From: Hormiphora californensis
Lineage: Eukaryota; Animalia; Ctenophora
Direction: 5' to 3'
NCBI GenBank assembly: GCA_020137815.1
Contig: CM035354.1
Span: forward strand, 186,001 to 250,000
Length of the DNA stretch: 64,000 bases
Below, piece after piece: positions 19,664-43,860 of this stretch. How positions within the stretch are numbered: position 1 is the first letter of the stretch; every line of letters begins with the position of its first letter. The notes below the pieces were generated by a model, which searched no databases, was not told the origin of the DNA, and was given only the letters and a program-made list of their open reading frames with translations. The position numbers were made by a program, and so were the translations under genes.

Positions 19664-21017
19664 TCAATTCATTGTGTCTTTTCTCGATCTCTCAAAATAT
19701 GTGACATAACTTCCGGACATCTCTAAATCTTTTAATTTCGGCCCAAAACGTGAACTGTTCCTCAAAACCTTGTACAAACTAGAAAAGGGCCAAAACACAC
19801 ACAACCGATACACTGGTACGACCGTATAATGATACAGATCGTTCATAAACAGTCTACCTCGTGGTATTTCGTTGAGGGAGATCGTCCTTGAGTATGTCTC
19901 AGGAGGTGACGCTGCATCGACACCCCTCTCTTCCTCCCCCTGTAACTGTTTATATTGATCCTGGAGATGTGCTGTTATAGATCCAGGATCAGGCATGTAC
20001 AACCCAACCTCAAACACATGTAACCTCACCCCCTCAACCTCCAACTCTAACAGTGTTCCGGGTGGAGTACCGGGTGGAACATCCAACACCCTCCTCTCTC
20101 CAGTCAATAGTCTGAACATCCACCGACCCTCCCTGAACCAAGGTTGTGTAGTGGACATCAACCTTAGATTTGACATTGTCGTTAGCATCGTACCAATAGT
20201 TAGTAGCTTTGTGTATGTGTATGGTTATCAACATAGGAGACCCATCTATACCGGGACAATTCAACACTTGTCCATGCATGACACCCGGGGGTACCGATAC
20301 AGGGTGCCACTGAATTGACGTGACACGGCCCTTGCCCTGACAGTTGAAACACACCTCCGTTATCCGCCAACCCCTACCTCCACAGTCCCCACACCTATGA
20401 AACTTTGGGGCCTGTTTCACGATCTCATCAGGTAACATCCAGGCGAGATGACCCTCATTATCAACAGGAACCTCCCCGTTACCGTAACATCTCTCACATT
20501 CCACTCTCTGGTTAGGTGCAGCCCCCTCTGCAGTTCCCCACCCTTGACATTGAACACAGGATTGGTGGGTGTTGATCTCAATATACTTGGCGGCCCCCAA
20601 CACAGCCTCCATCATTGACACACCCATGATGTACTCACGGAGGTTGTCATTCTCGGCTGTGTACCCAAATCTAGAGGAGAACATCTCGTCAAAGTTCACC
20701 CCAAACGCTGATTTGAAGACAGATTCGGGGGATTCAGCGTGATATCCATCAGCCTTGTATACATGCTCCTCCTCCCCCAGATCTGCATCATATTCCTCTC
20801 TTAGTCTCCTGTCACTGAGAACTGTATAGGCGTTAGAAAGATCCTGGAATCGTTGTTTACTGTCCGTATCCGATCCAGCGACATCTGGATGGCACTTTTT
20901 GGCTGCAGCAAAGTAGGCAGCTTTGATTTCCTTAGGGGTAGCAGCTCGGGTCACACCAAGGGTGTCGTAGTGGGTGGAGAGGGATCTGGAGATGTGAATC
21001 AAGCGACGCAGTAACAT
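19664..21017 (-). CDS. Mitochondrial-type class A DnaJ (DNAJA3/Tid1-like), intronless CDS
   Basis: Arg-rich presequence MLLRRLIHISRS; J domain with HPD; four CxxCxGxG repeats; C-terminal VPPG motifs. One +1 frameshift near 20103 joins the two track ORFs. Confidence 0.85.
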
Positions 21018-21917
21018 AGGGACCTGGAGAGGGTGATAAGAAATAGGAATCAAGAAAGTTGGTAATTGGGGGGGGGGGGCAGGAGGATCCTTGTACGAAG
21101 GCAGAAAATACAACGTATTTTGTGGTATTTTAACATATGAAAAACGTACCGATCAAGTCTTATCTCTCTTCACTTAATTGATGTTATGTGCTCACTCAAG
21201 TCTCTGAATCTGCAGGTGAAACTAGTCACATTTTATTAACCTCTCTCTCTCTCATCACACGTTGGCATGACTTTGTTTGTCCCTCACACTGAAATACATC
21301 TCTCTTTCTGCCGGTTGTCGTCTCTCTCATTTTTGTATAACAGTTTCTTTCTCATTTGTATTTAAATCTAATTCAACTTTATACTTTACTACAAAAAGCA
21401 ACAGGAAACATCAATTTCTCCCATTCTCCGTGTGTGTAATATTGTATGAACATTGAACAACTCTGATCCTTAATTGCTGACCCCCTAGCTGTACATTAAC
21501 ATTGTAAACATATCTCACTCTGTTTCTCTCTCTCTATCTGTTTCTCTCTTTCTCTCTCTAGTCTCTCTCTCTTTCTCTCTCTAGTCTCTTTCTAGTCTCT
21601 CTCTCTTTCTCTCTCTAGTCTCTCACTCTCTCTCTTTCTCTCTCCACCCGGGGAGAATTTAAACTAAAACGCGATTATAAATCAGAGTTATTACAAATCC
21701 TAACTGTTCCCCAATTTCTCTCACACAGCAGAGAAAAAAAAGACAATTTTCTGGAATATAATATTGACCAAACTGACATCACAAAAAATCTGTCTCGTTT
21801 TGGGGGGAGCGAGTAAAATCAATGACAATGGACGCGTATATAATATAAGATCACAGGGGGGTGGATAACGGGCTTATTTAGTGACTCACACACATACTAA
21901 CATCACAGGGGGGTGGG

Positions 21918-22108
21918 AGGTGTGATATCACACCGCGCCCACAGGGAGGTGTGATATCACACCGCTCACACTGCACAGTGAGGTGTGATATCACACCGCT
22001 CCCACACACACAGTGAGGTGTGATATCACACCGCTCCCACACACAGTGAGGTGTGATATCACACCGCTCCCACACGCACAGTGAGGTGTGATATCACACC
22101 TCACCCAC
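21918..22108. repeat. Tandem array of ~29-37-bp units, each carrying the 16-bp palindrome GGTGTGATATCACACC
   Basis: Six palindrome copies between the CK1 gamma stop codon and the DnaJ start. Confidence 0.88.
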
Positions 22109-22348
22109 ACATAATATACACTCAACACTCAAGAAGCCCTCTGCAGCTGTAAAACGTTCCTTTTTTGTTTTCCATGAAAAATTGATAAAAAGTGCATCAT
22201 CCAACACAGTATCTCTAGTGTTCTCTCTCTCACTCTCTCTATCTCTCTCTCACTCCCTCGCGTGGATGTTACCCCTCATTACGTATATATATCACAACAT
22301 CATCATCAACATCTTAGTGAAATTTTCCCATTTTTGTGTGTCTGTACA

Positions 22349-29358
<7,010 letters not shown>

Positions 29359-29537
29359 TGCTATGTGGTATCTCTCTCTCTCTCTCTCACTCGTTACTCC
29401 ATAATACCCACTCGCGCCACCGCTACATCGCTAAATGGGGGAAAATTATTACATCAAATCACATTTAAAAAGAGGGTTTTAACTGAAAATACACTCAATT
29501 TAAACATCTGTTAGTAAAATTCATTAAAAACAAATTA

Positions 29538-32516
29538 TTACTCTTCATCACACATTTCCTCCCAGTTCTCTGCTACTTGTTTCGGATCCTGTAACACCAA
29601 ACTCTTCAACTCGGGTACCTCCTCCACAGCGGTACTCCTAGATCCCCCCGACACCGGTTTAGGGACAGGTTTGGAGCTCCCCACAAACGATCTCTTCACC
29701 AACATATACTGAGATAACTTCACCCCCGGGACTAGCGATTGGTAGTCAACCCTAATCTGAACATTCCTCTGGGGATCAGGATCAAAACTCTGGGTGGTGA
29801 TCTTGTAATGTTCCGCCAACTCGTGAACCAACCTCCTTTTGTCCTTGTTCATGGGCTTGAAATCATGGTAGATACAGCTAACCCTATTGAGGGAATCGGA
29901 TGTATCATTCCTCCGCTTATATTTGATGATCACTACCTCGAACTGTTCCTCAATCTCAATCACAAAGGACTTGTTAGAACGTGCCTGTTCCTTGAGGAAT
30001 TCACTGTAGTTTGGTGCCACAATGTTATCAACTGCAACATTAACCAACCCCAAACCCTCCGCCAACTTCCTATTTCTCTCCTCAACAAAACACGCCTCCT
30101 CACAGGGCACAGCTCCAGTTTTCATGTACTCAACAAGGTCAGCATGCAAAATGAACAGATTAGCACTCCGTAACTTTGTCATGAATTTCTTTGTATCTGA
30201 TGGGGCAAATGTAGCACCCTTGAAGCAGAGTATTGTAACCTTCCTCCTCTGACAGGGACATGTAACCGGCATCTTTGCGAAGCAAACAGTTTTGGGGCAC
30301 TCCGTACCCGGATGGCACTTTGCAGCACAGATGTGATCACACAGCTCCCTTTTTATTTTACAAGGTTTCTCACACTTGCCCGTGTCACAGGGGTCCTTGT
30401 GGCAGGGCCGTTCACACACATGCATGTCACAGGGTAGGGGCCGCTTGCAGGGCTCACCACAGGATATATCATTGAGATGACAAGGCACGTTATACCGGAC
30501 TTTGTGGCCTCCCATGCACAACTTGTTAACCAGTTGAACACACGGCGGGCAGGCGGGGTCGTAATGGCAGGTATGATCGAAGGGATGAGGGCATGAGTGT
30601 TCCCGTGTACAAGGTAGATCACACTTTGGAGGGGCAGTACCACATGCTATAGGTGGCTCTAACCGGGTCGCACCGCACGTGCAAAACACCTCACTAAAGT
30701 TGGACTCAAGACACGGCATACAATGTCCCTTGTGACAAAGGTCCTCACACTTGTGCTCTTGACACGAGAGGGTCTTCCCGCACGGGTACATGCACACATG
30801 GTTGTCCTCGAGACAGCACTCTATGGTACACCGATGTCGCCCACATGATTTCTTCTTGTAGCAGATCTTCCCACATCTGACACCCTCCGCAGGGATTTCA
30901 GAGCATGCAATGGATTGTGTGGTTATTTCACATCGACACGATACAACGGACTTGTCTTCACAGGAAGGACAGGGGCCCTCGTGACACAAAGACTGGCACA
31001 CATGGCCCGCCTCAGAGCCACATTCCAGGACTTTGCGGCAGATTTTCTTACACGTCGGAACTGGATCGAGACAGGAAGTCCTTGGGGTGGTCTGAAGTTT
31101 GTCTAATCGTGTCTTCCCACACGGACATGTAGTGGTGGATGTCACATCCGTGGGACATGGCGGACAGGGTCCACTGTGACAGGTGCGGTTACACGTGTGG
31201 TTACCGCACGACAGCAGTTGGTTGCAGGGTGTACCGCAACTCCAATAACCGACATGGGTGGATTTCTCACTTGACTTCTCCGTTCCACACACCAGACTTC
31301 TAACAGCACGGCCACAGTAACATGGTAACTCTCGTTGTACCTCACACGGTGCACATGTCCCGGGAGTGTGACATACCACGGTGCAGGTGTGAACCCCACA
31401 ATTGAGCGTCCTTCCACACACCCGATCACACCGGATAGCATCTTTTCGTTGAGAACACCTCACAGTGGATGACTGTACCCCACATTGACAGTGTGACGTC
31501 ACAAGGATAAGGCACTCGGGGCACTTTCCTGGGTGGCAGAACTGGGGGCAGGGATGTTTACAATTGGCTCTCACTCTGGAACACTTTTCTCCGCAGCTGT
31601 GGGGCAGGTTCAGGGGCGTGTACCTGGGGTTAATAACAGCTTCACAGAAACACACGTACCGCAGGGGAAGGTTAGCGGAGGGAACCTGACACGCCGGACA
31701 GGTCCAGTTGCGGGGAGTGTCCTCCCGGATTGGGACGGAGTCGTCATTCAGTTTAGCAGATGCCCACTGTCTCACACACGCCAGGTGGAAAATATTGTAA
31801 CATCGGAAACAAGAGTAAGTGGCACAAAATGCATTTATGTATTCGTAGCAAACCATGCATTCTGAGGTGTTGGACTCAATGTGACTACGCAATGATTCAG
31901 CTTGATCTTCGTAATCATAAATCCGTGGCACTTCTTTTCTAGGTTGCTTTGGTCGTGGCTTACCCCGACGGTTAGGTCTTCGATGCGAAACCTTTTCACC
32001 TGACCCATTTACTCCATTAGTGATTCCATTTTGATGCTCGGGACGGTGATTTGGCCCAGTTCCATTTTGATGCTCAGGACGGTGATGTAGTCCATTTTCA
32101 TTTTGATGCTCTGGACGGTGATGTGGAGGTCTATTTCCATTTTGATGCTCAGGACGGGGATGTTGCCTATTTCGATTTTGATGCTCGGGACGGCGTTTTG
32201 GCCCATTTTCATTGAAGTGCTCAGGTCGGCGATGTTGCCCATTGCCATTTTGATGCTCGGGACGGCGATGTTGCCCACTTTCACTTAGGTGCTCAGATCG
32301 GTGATGTTGCCCATTGCCATTTTGATGCTCGGGACGGCGATGTTGCCCACTTTCATTTTGATGCTCAGGACGGCGATGTTGCCTACTTTCAGTATTGCTC
32401 ACAGGACGTCGATACGTGTCACGATGGCCTCCACGATGCGGCCCAAGATCACGATATCGTCCTCTCTGGGGTCGGCGGTTTGACGATGAGTCATCTCCTC
32501 CACTGTTCTCTGACAT
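29538..32516 (-). CDS. NFX1: NFX1 / shuttle craft (RING/PHD, NF-X1 zinc fingers, R3H), single coding exon
   Basis: CMVC...CFRCYNIFHLACVRQWA...WTCPAC; repeated CGxHxCxxxCHxGPC fingers; R3H-like PMNKDKRRLVHELAEHY. Start placed at the first in-frame ATG (32516). Confidence 0.95.
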   Translation of the reverse strand: MSENSGGDDSSSNRRPQRGRYRDLGPHRGGHRDTYRRPVSNTESRQHRRPEHQNESGQHRRPEHQNGNGQHHRSEHLSESGQHRRPEHQNGNGQHRRPEHFNENGPKRRPEHQNRNRQHPRPEHQNGNRPPHHRPEHQNENGLHHRPEHQNGTGPNHRPEHQNGITNGVNGSGEKVSHRRPNRRGKPRPKQPRKEVPRIYDYEDQAESLRSHIESNTSECMVCYEYINAFCATYSCFRCYNIFHLACVRQWASAKLNDDSVPIREDTPRNWTCPACQVPSANLPLRYVCFCEAVINPRYTPLNLPHSCGEKCSRVRANCKHPCPQFCHPGKCPECLILVTSHCQCGVQSSTVRCSQRKDAIRCDRVCGRTLNCGVHTCTVVCHTPGTCAPCEVQRELPCYCGRAVRSLVCGTEKSSEKSTHVGYWSCGTPCNQLLSCGNHTCNRTCHSGPCPPCPTDVTSTTTCPCGKTRLDKLQTTPRTSCLDPVPTCKKICRKVLECGSEAGHVCQSLCHEGPCPSCEDKSVVSCRCEITTQSIACSEIPAEGVRCGKICYKKKSCGRHRCTIECCLEDNHVCMYPCGKTLSCQEHKCEDLCHKGHCMPCLESNFSEVFCTCGATRLEPPIACGTAPPKCDLPCTREHSCPHPFDHTCHYDPACPPCVQLVNKLCMGGHKVRYNVPCHLNDISCGEPCKRPLPCDMHVCERPCHKDPCDTGKCEKPCKIKRELCDHICAAKCHPGTECPKTVCFAKMPVTCPCQRRKVTILCFKGATFAPSDTKKFMTKLRSANLFILHADLVEYMKTGAVPCEEACFVEERNRKLAEGLGLVNVAVDNIVAPNYSEFLKEQARSNKSFVIEIEEQFEVVIIKYKRRNDTSDSLNRVSCIYHDFKPMNKDKRRLVHELAEHYKITTQSFDPDPQRNVQIRVDYQSLVPGVKLSQYMLVKRSFVGSSKPVPKPVSGGSRSTAVEEVPELKSLVLQDPKQVAENWEEMCDEE
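32030..32410 (-). repeat. 36-bp coding tandem repeat (~10 x HRRPEHQNGNGQ) in the NFX1 N-terminus
   Basis: Visible in both the DNA and the translation. Confidence 0.9.
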
Positions 32517-32829
32517 AAATTGTTTTTTAAGCCTTTCTAGAGAGTTTAAGTTATTAAAACAAGGCTTGGCAGCAGTAAATGATGATAGGTGAGGCCTCAC
32601 ATACACGTAAAGTTGTCTAAAAAACTAGGTATCCGAAACGCAAAAAAGGAAGCGAAAAAAGTGTGGGCCCCAAACGAGAAAATTTGAAATTTTTAAAGAT
32701 TTTAGAAATTGAAAAGCGCAGCGCGCACATTTTGCAGCGCATAATTGAATATTTTCGCGTGTTCTTTTTTCCTGTTTTAGCTTTTTTATTTGATTTTCAA
32801 AAATTTCGCGGTTGTTTTTAATTTTGTCT

Positions 32830-33282
32830 CCTCCAATCACAAATGATGAGGCACGTCTTGATGTCTCGGCTCGTGGTGTCTGGTCTAACTTATCAAAACT
32901 GTTCATTGATGTTCGCATCTTCAATTCTCGAGCCCCAACCAACAAATCATTGCCAGTCAACAAGGTTTTGAAGAAGCACGAGGACGAGAAGAAGCGTGCT
33001 TATGGAGAGCGTGTACTGCAGGTGGAGAAAAGCTCCTTCACACCAGCTGTTTTCTCTACCTCTGGAATCATGGGCGATGAGGCTGACAAACTTTACAAAC
33101 AAATTGCCCACCTACTCTCAAAAAAGACCAAACAGTCCTACCCCGATTGCATCCGGTATATCAGACAGAGACTATTTTTCTGCCTGTTAAAAACTCTTAT
33201 CATTAGTCTCCGGGGTCATCGTGGCCAGAGCCCGAAGAGTTTTAGTGATCGCAATGACATTAACATTTTATACATGATTTAA
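32830..33282 (+). mobile_element. 5'-truncated non-LTR retrotransposon fragment (CRE-like, restriction-like endonuclease C-terminus)
   Basis: ARLDVSARGVW...FIDVRIFN...HEDEKKRAYGERV..VEKSSFTPAVFSTSG..G...LRG.R matches recalled CRE-clade termini; no RT upstream. Confidence 0.8.
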
Positions 33283-33304
33283 TTTATTAAACCCAATTTA
33301 TGTA

Positions 33305-35045
33305 GGGGAGCCACAGGTAATATGGGAAATTTGGTAAAATGGGAAATCGGTGTTTTGAAAAGATTGGCCATGTTACAGGCTCATAAATAGTTAATAACTC
33401 TTATTAGTGATCTTAGATCAGTTCTGAAACCGTTTATAGCCTTGTTGGGAAGTGTTTAGATGGTACACTAGCACCCTCATCATCTTAAAATACGGAAAGT
33501 AAAAATTCAGGCCACTTTTTTCATTTGGTACACATGGCTCTGTTTCTTTGAGAAATTATCGATCGGCTTAGTTTATGAGCAAGATATTTATTAGCGATAC
33601 CTGAAGAGATCAGAGCATCAGAATGAACGTGTCTAATTATAATTAGCTAATTATAGAAACTCATGATTTTGGTATAATGGGATACTTTTATTTTACTGAA
33701 ATGGGATACCCCATTTTACCAAATTTTCACTATCCCATTTTTCCAAAACATGTTTTTGAAAAATGGGATACTGAAATTTTGGCAATTTAAACGGCCATTT
33801 TATGGTAGGCGGTAAATGTTAACCAGATCTGAGAGAAAACGTACGTGCAAAACCACGTTTTTGTCCATAACTCAGTCATTTCTTGACCAATTTGCAAAAT
33901 CTTGGGCGCGTTGGAAAGAGGACATTGAGCTCTTTCAAATGAGCCCAATAAAACTAAAATCGGCGCAAAATGCGCGGCGTCATGGCGCAAAATGCGCGTT
34001 TTCGCCACCACGCCGCGCAATTTGCGCCAATTTTCATTTTCTTGAGCTCATTTGAGAGATCTTAATGTCCTCTTTCCAATGAGTCAAAGATTTTGCAAAT
34101 TGGTCAAGAAATGGCTAAGTTATGGGCAAAAACGTGCGAAATTCTCACAGATCTGGTTAACATTTACCGCCTACCCCATTTTATACGCAAACTTCTCAGT
34201 TACGATTATTACTATAGCCTATTTTCGTTCATAACTCGAAAAAACTTCTATTCTATGGAAAAAATGCACAGAGTGACAACTGCAGAATACGACTACACAT
34301 GTGGATATAATTATTCAATTCTCATTAATCTAATCTTCTATTTTAGACACCAAAAGGTTTCTGGTATCCGTGTAGCTTTCTTAGTTTAGCAGTTACTAAA
34401 TATTATCCACATTTATGTGATAACGATCAAATCTTTGGTCCCCAATTCTTTAGCAAATTTTAGAGAATTTCTAAATTTTGGACCTGTCTGAAATTATATA
34501 CAGGTAGCACCCCGCTAGGAAATGAACATGTTCACACTTTTACCCCTCCTGTTGAACTTAGTAGTGTTAAATGAGGCTTTAGGGACCCGTTGGTGAAGAA
34601 GTTAGGTAGCTTGTTCCTAACTTTTCATGATTTCACGGCTTCCGGCTATTATAGGGCCTTCAGACCATTTACTAATTATAAACAAAACTTAAATACCATT
34701 ACAAACTAGTTTAATCCAAGCAAAGTGCAACTTAAAGTTACCATATTTTGAGGAAAATTAATTTTGATAAAATGGGATACCAATTTTTTGATAAAATGGG
34801 ATATCCCATTTTCGTTAAAAATGGGTATCCCGTTTCACCAAAATAAAATTCCACTGCAAATTTTCAAGGTAATATGGGATAGTGCCAGATCTCCGTTGTG
34901 GAGCATTCGTTGGGGTAATTTTGGTGGTAATGTGTTAGCCTGGTCCAAATAAGACACACCTATGAAGACGGCGTGACTTTATTGTCATCTGAAAAAAAAT
35001 TATGGCCAAAAGTTGTTAGGTATCCCATATTACCTGTGGCTCCCC
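33305..35045. mobile_element. Non-autonomous TA-flanked TIR element (~1.7 kb, Tc1/mariner-pogo-like)
   Basis: TIR GGGGAGCCACAGGTAATATGGGA at both ends, TA on each side; internal AAATGGGA repeats. Confidence 0.85.
33804..34175. mobile_element. 372-bp palindromic MITE nested inside the preceding element
   Basis: TIR GGTAGGCGGTAAATGTTAACCAGATCTG; perfect 9-bp TSD CCATTTTAT (Mutator- or Merlin-like). Confidence 0.9.
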
Positions 35046-35455
35046 TACAGATAAGATTGATTTCTATATCCATTTTACTAATTGAACCGGTACCCCGGCT
35101 TCCGCAAATTTTGTCTCCTTTCCTGCTCTGCTTCCGATACCCCTAACATGTTAAATTTACTTAAAACTTGATAGAGAGAGATCGCACCGCCTACGCTCGA
35201 ATTTAACCGAAGCTTTTTCAATCCTGACGGTCAGGACCTGACCGCTCACTGCGGACACCGATTACCGATCTGCCTCGATTCTGTATTATGCTTTTTAGAA
35301 AATATTTCGATCCGAGACCGAAAACGGGAAACGTTGAAATCTTGGTGTTTAGCCTGTCAGCAGACTGTGAGTCTCTAATTGGCTCGTAAACACAAGTTTC
35401 AGCAAGTTTCATAAAGATTAAATGGTTTTGTAGATGGTCTCTAAGGAGCACTAAA

Positions 35456-37574
35456 ATGTCAGCAAGATACCGAGCAGCGCTTGAAATAAACAACAAAACA
35501 TTAAAGTTTCTACCAAACAAACCAAAACGGAAAAAGCGCCGTCCCCGCTATGTTGAACCGGCGTAAGTTTCACAAAATATTCAAATTCATAGTTTGACAC
35601 CACTCCCATAAACGAACTATATTTTAGGCTTCTGAGATATCTCAAAGATTCTCTGACTGAGTGGGAGTTAAGAGGAGGTCCTCCAGAGACCCTTGTCGAC
35701 CAGATCTTACGCTCATTTGATAGAAAATACAACGATTTAAAGTTTGATGTTCCGCTCAAGGAAGATCCACCGAGAACAGTAACTGCTCGGGAGTGCCCAG
35801 AATTTGATTGGGCGAAAACAGTTGCACACACTTTACAGCAGGGAGAGAGAGAACATGTTTGTGTTTTACTTGTGCCAATGGTCATGAAGCCGAAGGAGAA
35901 AGAGGTCAGTGTGATCCTAAAACAGCTCGGTTGCACAATTTAATTTGAATTTTGAAGAAGAGGAATCATGATCATCAACTAAAAAGGATTAAAACATTTA
36001 GTTTTTCAACTTTATTTCAGGTCGTTGCCTCTCACATGTCTGGACACTTCCTGATACGTGACCAGCATTTCTCACATTCTGTGAATGCATCATGTGTGTT
36101 GAAACAGCTACACTGTCTCACAAAACTTGCAATCCCAGGAACACTAACCTTCAAATGTCAATCGTTTATTGAGGTAATATTTTATTGATATTGTCATTAT
36201 ATTTCCTTTGTAGGGCCCGATCAAAAATCGTTTATGTTGAGGTGTGACAGGGCTAGTGGCCACTAATGGCTTGCTTGTTGCCGCTAATTCATTTCAAGAT
36301 ATAATGGATGGATTATGATTCTTTGAGTCTCATACTGAATATGCGGTACCTTACTACTACCTACTTGTCAAGTCTGACAAAGTAACCATGGCAATACGTG
36401 TTTCAGATTATTGGTATAAACGGATTTACATTCCATCTCTACCCCGCTGTACCGCGGCAAACTAACCATTCAAATTCTAACTTCATTACTCTATCAACAC
36501 CAAACCGGTTCCAGCACCTCGGTGAAAAGGTTCAGTTTTTGTCAAAAACTTTTTAACGGTTAACATGAATGACAACGATTAAGTGAAAAACACCTCTCGA
36601 CTCTCGTCATGAATTAGAATATTATTATTATACGCTTGCAGTGAATATACCGTGTGTTTTTAATCGATGGCTAGATTTTACTATTAATCTAATCGCTATC
36701 TTCCCCCACCTAGGAACTGAGAGAGCAATGGCTGTGTCCAGGCGGGCGAGGCACCTGGTGCCCAGTCTCTCTATCCCTTCTGTCAGACCCCTCTAAGGTA
36801 TCCCATTTCACCGACTGTTACCATAGCAACCCCAGCTCCACATAACAGAACTCTCAACTCCCAATTCGATTTTAGGAACGTTTCGAGTCCTTTACGAATG
36901 GAGTGTTATTGCTGGCTGAGCTGCGGCTCACACACGCTCTCTCCCTGAGTTATGAAGATGTTCTAGCACTTGTTTCGACGGTCTGGAGAGATAGAGATAT
37001 GAATGGAGAGAATAATGTTCTTCCACTACATCATATATTCACACTATCTCTCCGACTTCTAACTCATGTTCTACAGAGGTTTGAAAACGCACTCCAATTA
37101 ATCAGTTTATCCGTGTTCTTCTGTCGTCTTGTTGACTAATCGATATACGAGTGCATATATCGTGGCCATTCAAGTTTCAATTGTCACACCAACATCTCTC
37201 TGGCGCACTTTTCTCCCTCGGATCACTGCGCGCGAAATCCGAACAGCTTTGTGACTGTGAAAAGCACACAATCCTCATATAATTGCGCGGCTCATTTCAA
37301 CCACCTGTTTTTCAGTTCGCGTGTGATTCGGAGAGGTGGCGAAGTGGCCTTGAGGAAGTTGGTATTTGGGAGATGTGAGAAATACGATGGCCGAGTACGT
37401 GATATCCTGAAGGTGTGTATGATGTTCAATAAAATGGAACTATGTGAGGAGTTTGAAGGGCTGTTGCCGCCCCCGAAGATGAACAGTTTTAGTGAAACAG
37501 GAATTGGAAGTGATAGTGATAATGAAAACGAAGAGGAAGAGATGCAAGAAGATGAAGATGTTATTTCTGATTAG
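35456..37574 (+). CDS. Multi-exon gene of unknown function (basic NLS-like N-terminus, acidic tail)
   Basis: About 7 GT-AG-bounded exons that join plausibly in frame: MSARYRAALE...KPKRKKRRPR; FDWAKTVAH; FTFHLYPAV; TWCPVSLSLL; ...EEEEMQEDEDVISD*. Confidence 0.65.
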
Positions 37575-37953
37575 TTGTCCCACTTTATAAGACATGCCTT
37601 ATCAATTTGTGAACAAAATATCAACAAAAACAAATAACATTTTAAAACAGTTCGTCAGTTCCCGCAATTTGCCCGTAAACTCTACGGAATTTATCGATCT
37701 CATTCTCACACACCGAATAATCAAACATTGGAGGCCAGGTATCCCTGGCCTGATCAGAATAGGCCTGACCCTTGGATTGACTCATCGATATACGCCGGAG
37801 CCATGCAAGTGATTCGTAACATTAAGACGTAAAAACACATAAAAACATGAACCCTCAGCTCCTATTAGTATTCATAATTCAAATCCTATTAGTATTCATA
37901 ATTCAAATTGTCATTCCAGACCAGCAGGCCCAGCTGGCACGGATTCACTCGAG

Positions 37954-39960
<2,007 letters not shown>

Positions 39961-40386
39961 CTATAATACATCCGTGTCACAATTTTGTTTTAGGGGCCTC
40001 GGGCAAGCCTATCCAATTCAGTAATATAGGATGGCTCATTATTGATTATGGGGCAAAAGGCCCCCAGTGTGGCTGCCACTATACTTTCTACTACTAATTA
40101 GGTCCAGGAATGACGTTCCCCAGTTAGGTACAACACGTCGGAAGCCCAATTACTACACAGTTCCGATGACCCAATTACCAGCTAGGTCTAGGATGAAATT
40201 GCACTCCATCCCAGTACATGGATCAATTAGCACCGGTCCAATTACATCACCCAGATCCTTTAGGGGTCTGATTACCGACATACCAGTTGGCAGACAGTCA
40301 TCAGCTGGAGTATAAATACCAAGATCAGTCACTTCAGAATTATCTACCACCACCACCAACAACTACAACAGCTAACAACTACAACA

Positions 40387-40725
40387 ATGTCTTCATCTAT
40401 CAACAACATCATTTGTACCAGACCCTCCTCTCCCACTTCCTCAACAACCTCTGACACCGACTCTTCCTGTGATACCCACCCCTTTGTGAGCTACGCAGTA
40501 CGTCTCGGATACACCCCTGATCTAGCTCAACACGCAGTGAACACCCTAGGAGAGGACGCTATTACCAACGATCTTCTTATCATGGTGATATCCCTGGCTC
40601 AGAGGACAACAGCACGAGAGGATGACCGGAGAAAGGTGCGACATTGGAGGCCACAGAACCGATGTTGGGGCTACCGGGAATCATCACTCTGTCAAGTATA
40701 CAATTCTGATGCTGCTTCACATTGA
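40387..40725 (+). CDS. Small intronless ORF with a Regnase/ZC3H12-type UBA-like domain
   Basis: FVSYAVRLGYTPDLAQHAVNTLGEDAITNDLL resembles the recalled Regnase N-terminal pattern F..KLGY....I..VL.KLG..A..N.VL; TATAAAT at 40311; CAA-rich leader. Confidence 0.6.
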   Translation: MSSSINNIICTRPSSPTSSTTSDTDSSCDTHPFVSYAVRLGYTPDLAQHAVNTLGEDAITNDLLIMVISLAQRTTAREDDRRKVRHWRPQNRCWGYRESSLCQVYNSDAASH

Positions 40726-40974
40726 ATACCGTACGTGTTCAATGATCCAGGAGTATGTAACTAACGATCAGCTGTTACCATGGTAACCTTGGATAAATGA
40801 CGATGTTTGTGACTCGACTTCCTAGATCCTGCACAGTGCACCATTCAGAATTAACATCTGTCGTGTGGCCAATGCACTTCATCCTACAGACAATGTAGTA
40901 TTACCCATGAGAAAGAGATTGAGCGAGCTATTTGTGTTGTATTATATTTGAATCCTATTATAGGAATTTACCTA

Positions 40975-43860
<2,886 letters not shown>

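Noticed and set aside
21918-22108. CRISPR-like palindromic repeat array
   Set aside because: The spacers are short and similar to each other, the context is eukaryotic, and there are no cas genes.
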